Source of the DNA: Spirochaetota bacterium
Lineage (GTDB): Bacteria; Spirochaetota; UBA4802; UBA5550
DNA length: 39,557 nt
Direction of reading: 5' to 3'
NCBI GenBank assembly: GCA_050298055.1
Contig: JBNKTL010000048.1
Coordinates: forward strand, 1 to 39,557
This document shows, in pieces, positions 17,711 to 26,852 of the stretch. How positions within the stretch are numbered: the stretch's first letter is position 1; every line of letters starts with the position of its first letter. The notes beneath the pieces are model-generated. The model searched no databases, was not told the DNA's origin, and saw nothing but the letters and a program-made list of their open reading frames with translations. A program made the translations under genes and the position numbers.

Positions 17711-18670
17711 TCACCAGCTCAATAATATTGTAGAGCCGGTAAAATCATCAATTGAGTCGGGAATTGTGGCACTATTATCCTGCAAAAATGTCATGGCATC
17801 AACATCTGCCTGGTATGCGAAACAGTTAGAATCAACCGTATCGGAACCGCCGGCATCCATTGCTTCCAGGTCTGTTTCCGTGGCGTCCCCCGGTATGCAG
17901 AAGTACTTGCCGGTGACTGCGTCGGTATTGACCTTTAACAGAAAATAGTTCCCGCTCCCCTGGGATATCCCCTTGCCCACAATACTGGTATAGTTCGTGC
18001 TTGTTCCCGTTCCCGCGGAGATCGATTTTATGGTAAAGGCGTGTGTCGTATCATTTCCGTCAATATCATTCCTTACCACAAATCCTCCTCCCGTGTCATA
18101 ATAGACAAGATGGAACATCTTAAGGGAGATATCACCGGTACTCTCGTTGTAATTCCCCTGAAGGATCCCGTGCTCTTCCTGGACCGGGGAATCAGGGGCC
18201 CACCTGTAGGTCAAGAGGGCGTATTTTACCGGGTCGGCGTCTTTAATGGCAAAACCGTTGGCATAGTCGTCCGTCATGGTGCCGATGTTCCCGGCGCAGT
18301 TATAGGTATCGGTAATGCCGAGATCAAAGGGCGACGCAACGGCAGTCTCGGGAATGGACGAACAGTTGGATTCCGCCGTTCCGTATATCTGCCCCGCGGT
18401 ATAGAGAACCTTATAGATATTGTGCATGTCGATAACCCCTTCATCTGCGGGATATTCATAGTCCCTGAGAAGTTCAAAAACGCTGTAGATCAGAGTCCCG
18501 GAAGCAAGGTCCCGTACCATCTTTTTTGAACCTGCCGCATCAAAAGCGGGAGTCACCTCTTTTGTGGCCGTATAAAAAAAATTCTCAAAGGAACCTCCAT
18601 CATCATCACCTTTACACCCGGAGAAAACAATTACCAGAACCAGAATGGAAAAAACCGTTATCTTTTTCAT
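17711..18670 (-). CDS. Acidic lipoprotein of unknown function
   Basis: MKK, hydrophobic stretch and lipobox FSGC. RBS GGAGG at 18681-18677. Four further Cys; beta-rich composition. Confidence 0.85.
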   Translation of the reverse strand: MKKITVFSILVLVIVFSGCKGDDDGGSFENFFYTATKEVTPAFDAAGSKKMVRDLASGTLIYSVFELLRDYEYPADEGVIDMHNIYKVLYTAGQIYGTAESNCSSIPETAVASPFDLGITDTYNCAGNIGTMTDDYANGFAIKDADPVKYALLTYRWAPDSPVQEEHGILQGNYNESTGDISLKMFHLVYYDTGGGFVVRNDIDGNDTTHAFTIKSISAGTGTSTNYTSIVGKGISQGSGNYFLLKVNTDAVTGKYFCIPGDATETDLEAMDAGGSDTVDSNCFAYQADVDAMTFLQDNSATIPDSIDDFTGSTILLSW

Positions 18671-18755
18671 TGATAACCTCCACTAAATTTACGGATGATT
18701 GATTTTTGAACATTTAATTTGTTAAGAATTTATCTCTTCGTCAATTTTTTGAAGA

Positions 18756-18828
18756 ACCATTCATTACACCGGGTGTAGCGTTCATTACATTCTGCGTAGC
18801 GTTCATTACACTCCCTGTAGCGTTCATT
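18756..18828. repeat. 21-bp-period tandem array (3 full units plus partial), LytTR-box-like
   Basis: TTCATTACA-ccgggt-GTAGCG / TTCATTACA-ttctgc-GTAGCG / TTCATTACA-ctccct-GTAGCG / TTCATT. Confidence 0.9.
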
Positions 18829-18976
18829 TGGATTTAGAGAAAATTATCTTTTTTTGATACATCCTGATACCTTATGATTATGAATTTTTGCAAAGTAAAT
18901 GACTCAGATTAAATAATAGTTGAAACAAAAACAGGATACCCGTTACTATAGTTTAAGAAGTTGCAGGATAATTAAA

Positions 18977-19294
18977 ATGATCGAGATACACCTCTACGGC
19001 AAACTGAGAAAGCACTTTAAGAAGGAACCTGTTGATCACCGCTACGTCATGAAAGAGAATGTAATTAATGGAGAAACAATCGGCATGCTTCTTGACCGGG
19101 TGGAGATACCTGTGAATGATGTCTACCATATCTTCTACAACAGGAAACTCCTGGCATCACGGAGCAGCATGGCGGAAACACTTGGTTACCGGCAATTCAG
19201 GGAAGATCCCCTGAATTGGGACCTTGAAGTTGAACTTGCGGACGGGGACAGGATAGGGCTTTTCGGGAAGGATATGGCCGCCCTTGTTGTGTGA
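18977..19294 (+). CDS. MoaD/ThiS-like beta-grasp protein lacking a C-terminal Gly-Gly
   Basis: MIEIHLYGKLRK..TIGMLLDRVEI..HIFYN..ELADGDRIGLF. Ends GKDMAALVV. Confidence 0.75.
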   Translation: MIEIHLYGKLRKHFKKEPVDHRYVMKENVINGETIGMLLDRVEIPVNDVYHIFYNRKLLASRSSMAETLGYRQFREDPLNWDLEVELADGDRIGLFGKDMAALVV

Positions 19295-19309
19295 ATAAAT
19301 ACCGGCCGC

Positions 19310-19534
19310 TTATCCCCCTCCCACAGCGGGGAAAACTGAGAGATTGTCCCCCTCCCGGAGTTCCCTCTCATGGTCCGCGTGAATATTGTTTATGAATGTT
19401 ATGAAATATTCCTTTTCGGGAACACCCAGCTCATCCATGAGTTCCTTTATGCTTATACCTTCCCTGCATTCCACATCCTTTACCTGGAACCTTCCCTTCC
19501 GGAGACTGGCGAAGAGTTTAACTTTTACTTTCAT
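19310..19534 (-). CDS. MoaD/ThiS-family sulfur carrier (AOR-associated type)
   Basis: MKVKVKLFASLR..LREGDNLSVFPAVGGG with a C-terminal Gly-Gly. Confidence 0.93.
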   Translation of the reverse strand: MKVKVKLFASLRKGRFQVKDVECREGISIKELMDELGVPEKEYFITFINNIHADHERELREGDNLSVFPAVGGG

Positions 19535-19537
19535 CTT

Positions 19538-20140
19538 CTATTTAAAACTCAATTTAAGCTCAGCCAGAGGTGAACTGCCGCTCAATTGACCTTTCTTCAG
19601 TTTATCCGCCCCGGCTGCTTCTCCCTCTATTTCAATCCCCGATATCTCATTCCAGAACTCTTCCTTCATGCCGGTAAAAAAATCTTTCAATTCATCAGCT
19701 TTATACATTATTCCCGATCCCAGAAATTTTTTCCCCAGGTCAGTCATAACGATATTGAAGAGCTTAATGAAAACCATCCCCCTGCCGCTTCCGCCGGGAC
19801 CTCCCTTATCAGAATAGGTAATACTGCTCCTGAAGGAGGAATAAAAACCTCCGGCCCTCATGGTGGCGCCCACAAGCCCGGGCATGGGCCCGGAGAGGGA
19901 AAGGACACTGCCGTCCCTGAGAATTGCCGTCTTAAAATCATCAACAGGCTGGCTGTCAATAAAAACAGTCTTTATCCTGTTACTAATATAAGCTTCTTCT
20001 ATTTCGCACTCTTTCAGAAGAAAGTCATGAAGGCTGATACCAGTTTCAAGGCTTTGGAAAAAACCTTTCTGAAGCAGGCTGTAGAAATAAACGGCAGCAT
20101 CCGTTGTTACTGTAAGCTTTACGCTTATCAATTTATCCAT
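19538..20140 (-). CDS. Hypothetical protein with an internal beta-grasp-like segment
   Basis: ISLHDFL..TVFIDSQPVDD..AILRDGSVLSLSGPMPGLVG resembles a MoaD/ThiS core. Lies 3 bp from the MoaD-like gene. Confidence 0.7.
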   Translation of the reverse strand: MDKLISVKLTVTTDAAVYFYSLLQKGFFQSLETGISLHDFLLKECEIEEAYISNRIKTVFIDSQPVDDFKTAILRDGSVLSLSGPMPGLVGATMRAGGFYSSFRSSITYSDKGGPGGSGRGMVFIKLFNIVMTDLGKKFLGSGIMYKADELKDFFTGMKEEFWNEISGIEIEGEAAGADKLKKGQLSGSSPLAELKLSFK

Positions 20141-20161
20141 AACACTCTCTTTTAAGAATTT

Positions 20162-20374
20162 TTACCATGAAGAACAATTGAACCGCAAAGGCGCAAAGGG
20201 CGCAAAGTTTTTTATTTCTTTATTATTTCCTTTGAACCTTTATTTTATTCTATCATTTACTTAGTGTTATTATGAAATTTTAAAAATTAATCCTTTCTAT
20301 TTCTTCCTTTGCGTACTTAGCGTCTTAGCGGTTCAAAACTCTTCCTTCCTCTTTCTTCGTGAACTTCGTGATAA
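20162..20374. repeat. Nested inverted-repeat element built from short periodic units (MITE/REP-like)
   Basis: Inner arms 20178-20207 and 20307-20336 are 25/30 complementary with three CGCAAAG-type units. Outer arms 20162-20172 and 20364-20374 match 9/11. Confidence 0.75.
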
Positions 20375-20397
20375 TTTCTTCTTCTTAATTCGTAACG

Positions 20398-20430
20398 AAA
20401 AAGGACACCAGGCCGCTAAGCCTGATGTCC
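20398..20430 (-). terminator. Intrinsic terminator after aor
   Basis: Minus strand GGACATCAGGC-loop-GCCTGGTGTCC followed by TTTTT. Confidence 0.75.
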
Positions 20431-20451
20431 ATGCCTTTATGCCGGTTTTTA

Positions 20452-22188
20452 TTACCAGTTGAAGACCTGGTCAAGTTCCTCGTCTGTCACATCAAATGTT
20501 GTATTGTGAGGCGCTATTTTTTCTGTCTTGAAGTACCGGGGAAGCCTGTCATGCTTCGAGGTGAACCCGGCCTTCTCGTTGAATTCCCTCTCCATCTTCA
20601 GTACGGTCTTCCCCAGTTCCGTTACGTCATCCGGGGTAAGGCTCATGCCGTAGAATGAATTAAGAAGATCTATCAGGGCCATAAATGTGTCTTCCTGGTC
20701 CAGTATGGCAAACGCTATAAAGAGGCACATTCCGGTTGAATCCACCGCGGCTGTTGCGACCTGAAGGTTCCTTGAAAGGTCTATCTGCCCGTCTGTCTTC
20801 AGGGGGTCCACAAATCCTCCCACCTTGAGGATATTTGTGGCAATAGCGTAACCGGATGTATGGTCCGCGCCCATTGTACTTGTAGCGTAGGTAACACCGA
20901 TACCCTGTATGGCCCGGGGATCATACGCGGGCATGGCCTGCCCCTTGACAACAGGAGCCCTCTCTATTCCGAATACCCGCGCGGTCACCGCAGCGCCGTT
21001 TCCAAGGATCCTGCCCAGTTCCGATCCCTTGCCTACTTCCTTAATGAGGTTGATGGCGGCATCCGCGTCACCGAACTTGGCAACGCCCGCTTCCATTGCC
21101 ACGGCAATTGTGGCACCCATCTCTATTGTGTCAACCCCATAGTTGTCATCGAGAAAATCCATCATGGCAATGGCATCCAGGTCGTCTATGCCGCAGTTTG
21201 CCCCATGGGCCCAGACAGTTTCGTACTCCGGTTGCTTTGTGAGATACTTGCCCTGTTTGTCATGATATATTCCGGAACACCTGATGACACATCCCCTGTG
21301 GCACCCGTGTGTTGCCTGGCCGCCCCTCTTTTCTTCCAGTTCGGCGCATGTCTCACCGCTTATCTTTGATGTCCCGTCAAAGGTCCCCTGCTGAAAATTG
21401 TTCGTGGGATAGCCGCCGGCTTCATTAATGATATTTGCAAGGATATTGGTCCCGTACGCAGGGAGGCCCTCCCCAGTTACCGGGTGCTTCTTCAGCCCGT
21501 CAACAAATGTCTTGTTGGCTTCTTTGAACTTATCCGGATCTTTTGGCTCCCTGTTTTTAAGACCTTCATCGTTGAGAATGATGACCTTAACGCCCTTTGA
21601 ACCCATAACGGCACCAACACCTCCGCGGCCCGCGTGCCGTGACGGCCTCAGTTCCATATCGGTACATGCGATTGATGCTGCTCCCATCATCATCTCGCCC
21701 GCAGGCCCTATGGACATGAAGGCATTTTTATCACCATATTCCTTTCGCATCTTGTCAATGAGATCGTAGTTGGGCATCATTTTGAGGCTGTTATCCTTCT
21801 CTATCTTTACATCATCTTTATTGATATAAATCTTGTAGAGATCATCACCGGAAGGTTTCCCCTCGAGAACAATGGCAGCATACCCCATCCTTCCCAGGAC
21901 CTGCGCCGCCTGTCCTCCGGAATTGGCTTCTTTAATGCCCCCTGTGAGCGGACTTTTACATCCCACGGAGAGCCTCCCGGACATTGCGGCCGCGGTCCCG
22001 CTTAAAAGCCCCGGCGCGATGACAATCTTGTTCTCCGCACTCAGGGGATGACACAGCGGGTCTACCTCTTTTGATATAATAGAGGACGTAAGACCTCTTC
22101 CGGCCATACCTGCATACTCTCCAATAGGGCCCCGGGTAATCTTCGGACCGCCATCAGCCCCCATATCAATCCTTAAAATTGTATCCAT
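20452..22188 (-). CDS. aor: Aldehyde:ferredoxin oxidoreductase (tungstopterin AOR family)
   Basis: KSPLTGGIKEANSGG, AGRGGVGAVMGSK, Fe-S motif CHRGCVIRC, PEYET, GVDTIE, AYDPR..GIGVTYATSTMGADH and DRLP. RBS GGAGG. Confidence 0.95.
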   Translation of the reverse strand: MDTILRIDMGADGGPKITRGPIGEYAGMAGRGLTSSIISKEVDPLCHPLSAENKIVIAPGLLSGTAAAMSGRLSVGCKSPLTGGIKEANSGGQAAQVLGRMGYAAIVLEGKPSGDDLYKIYINKDDVKIEKDNSLKMMPNYDLIDKMRKEYGDKNAFMSIGPAGEMMMGAASIACTDMELRPSRHAGRGGVGAVMGSKGVKVIILNDEGLKNREPKDPDKFKEANKTFVDGLKKHPVTGEGLPAYGTNILANIINEAGGYPTNNFQQGTFDGTSKISGETCAELEEKRGGQATHGCHRGCVIRCSGIYHDKQGKYLTKQPEYETVWAHGANCGIDDLDAIAMMDFLDDNYGVDTIEMGATIAVAMEAGVAKFGDADAAINLIKEVGKGSELGRILGNGAAVTARVFGIERAPVVKGQAMPAYDPRAIQGIGVTYATSTMGADHTSGYAIATNILKVGGFVDPLKTDGQIDLSRNLQVATAAVDSTGMCLFIAFAILDQEDTFMALIDLLNSFYGMSLTPDDVTELGKTVLKMEREFNEKAGFTSKHDRLPRYFKTEKIAPHNTTFDVTDEELDQVFNW

Positions 22189-22621
22189 TATGACCTCCTG
22201 GTTATTATAATAAAATGTAATAATACAAAAAGATTCGAGTTTGTACTATCCCCTCCGGATGAAGAAAACCGGACTGGGTAAATACAGACCTTTGGATCAC
22301 TATACACATCTTACCATAATAATAAACGGAAGCATGACTTTGTCAAAATATTTTATTGAAACACCATGAATGATTGACTTTTATTTTATTGCAATTGTAA
22401 TATTTTGTAATATATTGAGATTGCTTTCAATATCATTTTCAGAATACTTCCAATAATTATATTTTCTTCCTTTAAGGGAACATTGTATAAATAACGGCCA
22501 TAGAAATGACTTATCAGCTCTTTTCACGGGACAATCACCGCTTTTCTCATTAAAATATCCTTGATATGTGATAAATTTCCCGTATATTTATAAAAAAGAA
22601 CCGAATATATTTTAAACCAAT

Positions 22622-25600
22622 ATGGAAAATGTTAAAGTTCTCATAGTTGAAGATGAGTACATAACCGCTCTGGACATTAAAAAGAGGCTTGAGCAGATCG
22701 GTTATACTGTTGCGGGCACTGCATCCACCGGTGAAGAAGCTCTGGATCTCATGAGTAAAAGCAAGCCTGATATTGTACTCCTGGATATCATCCTGGCCTC
22801 TGAAATGGACGGAATTGCAACGGCAAATGAAATAAACAGAAGATTTAAAATACCCTTCATCTATATGACCGCCCACATGGACCCGGAAACAATTAAAAAT
22901 GTCAAACAGACAGATCCCTACGGATATATTGTCAAACCGGTTAAAACAGACGATCTCTACTCCGCAATTGAGACAGGACTCAACAAACACCTCGTTGTTA
23001 AAAAACTCCAGGAGAGCGAGGAGAAGTACAGGGAGCTTGTTGAAACCATAAACGATATTATATTCAAGCTTGATGAAAACGGGATAATCTCCTATATCAG
23101 CCCGCAGATTGAAAAATTGACCGGTTATACTCCCGAGGAAGTAATCGGCAAACCATTCAAGGACTATGTTTACCCGGAAGACCTCCCGGAAATCGTCAGA
23201 AGTTTTAATGACCTTAAAAAGGAGATAGTTCAATCATCCGAATACAGGCTCATTAACAAAAAAGGAAACCCCGTATGGATAAGGTCCTCAAGCAACCCCG
23301 TTATACGAAACGGCCTCTTTCTGGGAAAACATGGCATCATTACCGATATATCGGCAAGAAAGCGGGCCCAGGAGAAACTTCTGGAAAAGGAGATCTATTA
23401 CCGGTCAATAATTGAAACCCTCCCACAGAAAATATTTCTCAAGGACAGGGAATCGGTCTACGTATCGTGCAACACGAGTTATGCGAAAGAACATAAAATT
23501 CACCCTATGGAAATATCCGGAAAAACCGATTACGACCTCTTTACAAAGAAACTGGCGGATAAATACAGAAGCGATGACAGAAAAATTATCGAGAAAGGAG
23601 AAACTGTCGAGCTTGAAGAGAAGTATACCCGGGACGGCAGGGATTTCTGGGTCAATATTGTAAAAATCCCGGTAAAAGACAATAACGGGAATATCACGGG
23701 ACTCCTGGGAATATTCTGGGAGATTACCGAAAAGAAACAGGCTGAAGAAAAAACAAAAGAATTTTACGATGAACTGGAAAGAAAGGTCGAAGAGAGGACC
23801 ACTGAGCTTCAGAACACCCTGAACAAACTCACCGACAGGGAAGTAAAGCTCCGAAGAAGCGAAGAACTTTTCAGGAGCGCATTTGAGAATGTCAGGGTGG
23901 GGATGGTCCTGACCGATAAATACGGGAAGTACTTTCAGGTAAACAGGGCGTTCTGTGAAATGCTCGGTTATGCTGAGGATGAACTTATCTCCCTGGACTA
24001 CAAATCAATAACTCATCCCGAGGACCTGAAAGAAGAGAGTGAAATATTTGATAAATTGAGAAACAATAAAATAGATGTAAACCTGAAGGAGAAGAGGTTT
24101 ATTCATAAAAAGGGGCACGTGGTATGGGCAATAAGGAGCACATCGGTCATCAGGGACGAAAATAATAATGTCGTTTTATTCATATCTCAGAATAACGATA
24201 TAACCATAAGGAAAAAGAGAGAAGACGCCCTGAAAACTTCCCTCAATCTCACAAAGTCTATGGGCAAACTTACAATAGATGAACTGATCGGGCTTGGGCT
24301 TGAGGAGGGGATACGTCTTACCGACAGTAAAATCGGTTTCTTCCATTTCATCGACCGGGACCAGAATACAGTTATCGTCCACACATGGTCGGAGGAAACC
24401 CTCAGGGGATGCACGGCAATTGAAAAGGGGACCCACTTTCCCATTGACCGGGCGGGAATTTGGGTCGACTGTGTCCATGAAAAGAAACCGGTAATCCATA
24501 ACGATTATGAAAGTGTACCGCATAAAAAGGGACTCCCCGACGGCCATGCGCCCCTCATAAGGGACCTGGCAGTTCCTCTCTTTGATGGTGAAACTATTAT
24601 TGCGGTCATTGGGGTCGGGAACAAAGAGACCGGTTACAGGCAGCTGGATATTGACCACCTTTCCCTCATAGCCGAAACAACCATGAGCATTATCCAGAGG
24701 AAAAGGGCGGAAGAAGAACTGAAAAAATCCAGGGACGAAGCCGAGCAGGCAAACAGGGCAAAGTCGGAATTCCTGGCAAACATGAGCCACGAGATCAGGA
24801 CACCCCTGAATGCCGTGATCGGGTTCAGCGAACTGCTTGCGGCAATCGTCTCCGACGAAACCCAGCTCGGATACCTGAAATCCATCAAGACCGCGGGAAA
24901 GAGCCTGCTCATTCTCATAAACGACATTCTCGACCTCTCCAAGATAGAAGCAGGGATGATGGAGATCAAACCGGAACCTGTTTCCCTCAACTTTCTTCTG
25001 AAAGAAGTTACCGATATCTTCAGTATAAAAGCATCTGAGAAGGGCCTTGACCTTATTCTTGATCTGGATGAAGAACTCCCCCGGGTGTTTATGCTCGATG
25101 AAACAAGGGTGCGCCAGGTACTTCTGAACATAATCGGGAATGCGCTGAAGTTCACCGAGAAGGGTTACATAAAGATTTCTGCTTATACGCATTTCCCGGA
25201 TGACGGAAAAAGGAGAGTTGACCTGATACTCTCTATCGAGGATACGGGAATCGGGATAGAGGATGTAAAGAGCGGGTTCATTTTTGACTCATTCAGACAG
25301 CAGGACAGCAAAATATCGAGAAAGTTCGGAGGCACCGGTCTGGGGCTCTCCATCTCCAGAAGACTGGTGGAGATGATGGGAGGACGAATTGAAGTAAAAA
25401 GCAGGTTAACGGAAGGGAGTACTTTCAAAATAATCCTGGATAACGTGGAAATACCACACGCGGAAATGAATATTCCGATAAAGCCTCCACTGGATATAAA
25501 GGATATGGGCGCTATACGGTTCAGGAATGCCACAGTGCTGGTTGTTGATGATATTGAATCGAACCGTTCTTTCATCAGGGAACTCCTGACAATATGGGGG

Positions 25601-26242
25601 ATCAGGGTCCTGGAAGCTGAAAACGGGGAAAACAGTATCGTTATTACTGAAAATACCAGGCCGGACCTGATACTCATGGATATACGGATGCCCGGAATGG
25701 ACGGGCTGGAAGCAACAAAACAGATCAAGAGTAATCCTTTAACTTCAGATATCCCTGTGATCGCGCTTACCGCATCGGTCAAAAAAGCAGACAGGATCAA
25801 TTCTGATAAAGCCGGCCTGGACGGCTATCTTTTGAAACCGATAAATGTTAACAACCTTTTAAAGGAGCTGAAAAAATACCTCCTGTTTGAAGAAATGCCG
25901 GTGACAGCGGTAAAAAAAACCGGAGCAGAACCGGTCTCCGGCCTTGATAAAGAACTGGAACGGATAGAAAAACTTCAGGACCTCCTGGATGACCTGAGGA
26001 CCGGAACAAAACCACTCATAGATAAACTTACAGGAGCGGTAAAACTCAGCGACGCGAAACTCGTTGCCGGGGAACTTATCAGAAAGGGGGATGAATACGG
26101 CTCTGAAAACCTCAAAGAATGGGGAGAGCGTCTGCTCGGGTTTACAAATAACTTTGATATATCGGGAATCAAGAATACCCTGACCGGGATAGACGAATTA
26201 ATAACATTAATTGAAACATACGTGAAAAACAGCCATGGATAA
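22622..26242 (+). CDS. Cytoplasmic hybrid sensor kinase REC-PAS-PAS-PAS-GAF-HisKA-HATPase-REC with C-terminal helical bundle
   Basis: IVEDE..LDI, three PAS/PAC units ending DIS, EIT and DIT, GAF (GVGNK), MSHEIRTPL, GGTGLGL and VVDD..MDIRMP. Confidence 0.95.
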   Translation: MENVKVLIVEDEYITALDIKKRLEQIGYTVAGTASTGEEALDLMSKSKPDIVLLDIILASEMDGIATANEINRRFKIPFIYMTAHMDPETIKNVKQTDPYGYIVKPVKTDDLYSAIETGLNKHLVVKKLQESEEKYRELVETINDIIFKLDENGIISYISPQIEKLTGYTPEEVIGKPFKDYVYPEDLPEIVRSFNDLKKEIVQSSEYRLINKKGNPVWIRSSSNPVIRNGLFLGKHGIITDISARKRAQEKLLEKEIYYRSIIETLPQKIFLKDRESVYVSCNTSYAKEHKIHPMEISGKTDYDLFTKKLADKYRSDDRKIIEKGETVELEEKYTRDGRDFWVNIVKIPVKDNNGNITGLLGIFWEITEKKQAEEKTKEFYDELERKVEERTTELQNTLNKLTDREVKLRRSEELFRSAFENVRVGMVLTDKYGKYFQVNRAFCEMLGYAEDELISLDYKSITHPEDLKEESEIFDKLRNNKIDVNLKEKRFIHKKGHVVWAIRSTSVIRDENNNVVLFISQNNDITIRKKREDALKTSLNLTKSMGKLTIDELIGLGLEEGIRLTDSKIGFFHFIDRDQNTVIVHTWSEETLRGCTAIEKGTHFPIDRAGIWVDCVHEKKPVIHNDYESVPHKKGLPDGHAPLIRDLAVPLFDGETIIAVIGVGNKETGYRQLDIDHLSLIAETTMSIIQRKRAEEELKKSRDEAEQANRAKSEFLANMSHEIRTPLNAVIGFSELLAAIVSDETQLGYLKSIKTAGKSLLILINDILDLSKIEAGMMEIKPEPVSLNFLLKEVTDIFSIKASEKGLDLILDLDEELPRVFMLDETRVRQVLLNIIGNALKFTEKGYIKISAYTHFPDDGKRRVDLILSIEDTGIGIEDVKSGFIFDSFRQQDSKISRKFGGTGLGLSISRRLVEMMGGRIEVKSRLTEGSTFKIILDNVEIPHAEMNIPIKPPLDIKDMGAIRFRNATVLVVDDIESNRSFIRELLTIWGIRVLEAENGENSIVITENTRPDLILMDIRMPGMDGLEATKQIKSNPLTSDIPVIALTASVKKADRINSDKAGLDGYLLKPINVNNLLKELKKYLLFEEMPVTAVKKTGAEPVSGLDKELERIEKLQDLLDDLRTGTKPLIDKLTGAVKLSDAKLVAGELIRKGDEYGSENLKEWGERLLGFTNNFDISGIKNTLTGIDELITLIETYVKNSHG

Positions 26243-26816
26243 CAGAGAAAAAGAGATGATACTGATTGTCGATGACAACCCCCAGAGCATAAAGCTCCTG
26301 GGAAGCATTCTCGATTTAAAGGGATACGCCACTGCTGTTGCCACCAGCGGGAAAGAGGCCCTTCAATTTCTGGGCAAGGAGATCCCCGACCTCATTCTTC
26401 TCGATATCATGATGCCGGGGATGGATGGTTTCGAGGTCTGCCGGTCTATTAAGAATGATAAAAATGCCAGGGAGACTCCCGTGATTTTTCTCACTGCGAG
26501 AAGGGACATTGATGATCTTGTCCGGGGTTTTGAGGCTGGCGGTATCGATTATGTGACCAAACCATTCAATTCAACCGAACTTCTTATAAGGGTAAAGACC
26601 CACCTGGACCTGAAAAAAGCCAGGGACGAGATAAAGAGACTCAAAGGGATCATTCCCATCTGCTGCAGCTGCAAGAAGATAAGGGATGACGAGGGATACT
26701 GGGAACAGGTGGAGACCTACATTGAAAGCCACTCCGATGCCGAGTTCACTCACGGGATCTGTCCCGAATGCACCGAAAAACTCTACGGCGATCTTTTAAA
26801 TGACGAAGATGAATAA
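26235..26816 (+). CDS. Response regulator with C-terminal Cys-rich (ICxxCKKIR..HGICPEC) domain
   Basis: REC motifs IVDD, LDIMMP and KPF, then IPICCSCKKIRDDEGYWEQVE..THGICPEC. Confidence 0.93.
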   Translation: MDNREKEMILIVDDNPQSIKLLGSILDLKGYATAVATSGKEALQFLGKEIPDLILLDIMMPGMDGFEVCRSIKNDKNARETPVIFLTARRDIDDLVRGFEAGGIDYVTKPFNSTELLIRVKTHLDLKKARDEIKRLKGIIPICCSCKKIRDDEGYWEQVETYIESHSDAEFTHGICPECTEKLYGDLLNDEDE

Positions 26817-26852
26817 TCCAGCACACCTTCATGAAATGAAAGTCGCGCCGGA

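Noticed and set aside
18760..18828. Repeat-spacer-repeat pattern as a mini CRISPR array
   Set aside because: The constant part is 15 bp and the variable part 6 bp, both far too short. The 21-bp phase fits protein-binding sites.
22412..22433. ATATTGA-N8-TCAATAT as an FNR/CRP site upstream of aor
   Set aside because: The spacing is TTGA-N8-TCAA rather than N6, in very AT-rich DNA. It may be an operator but cannot be assigned.
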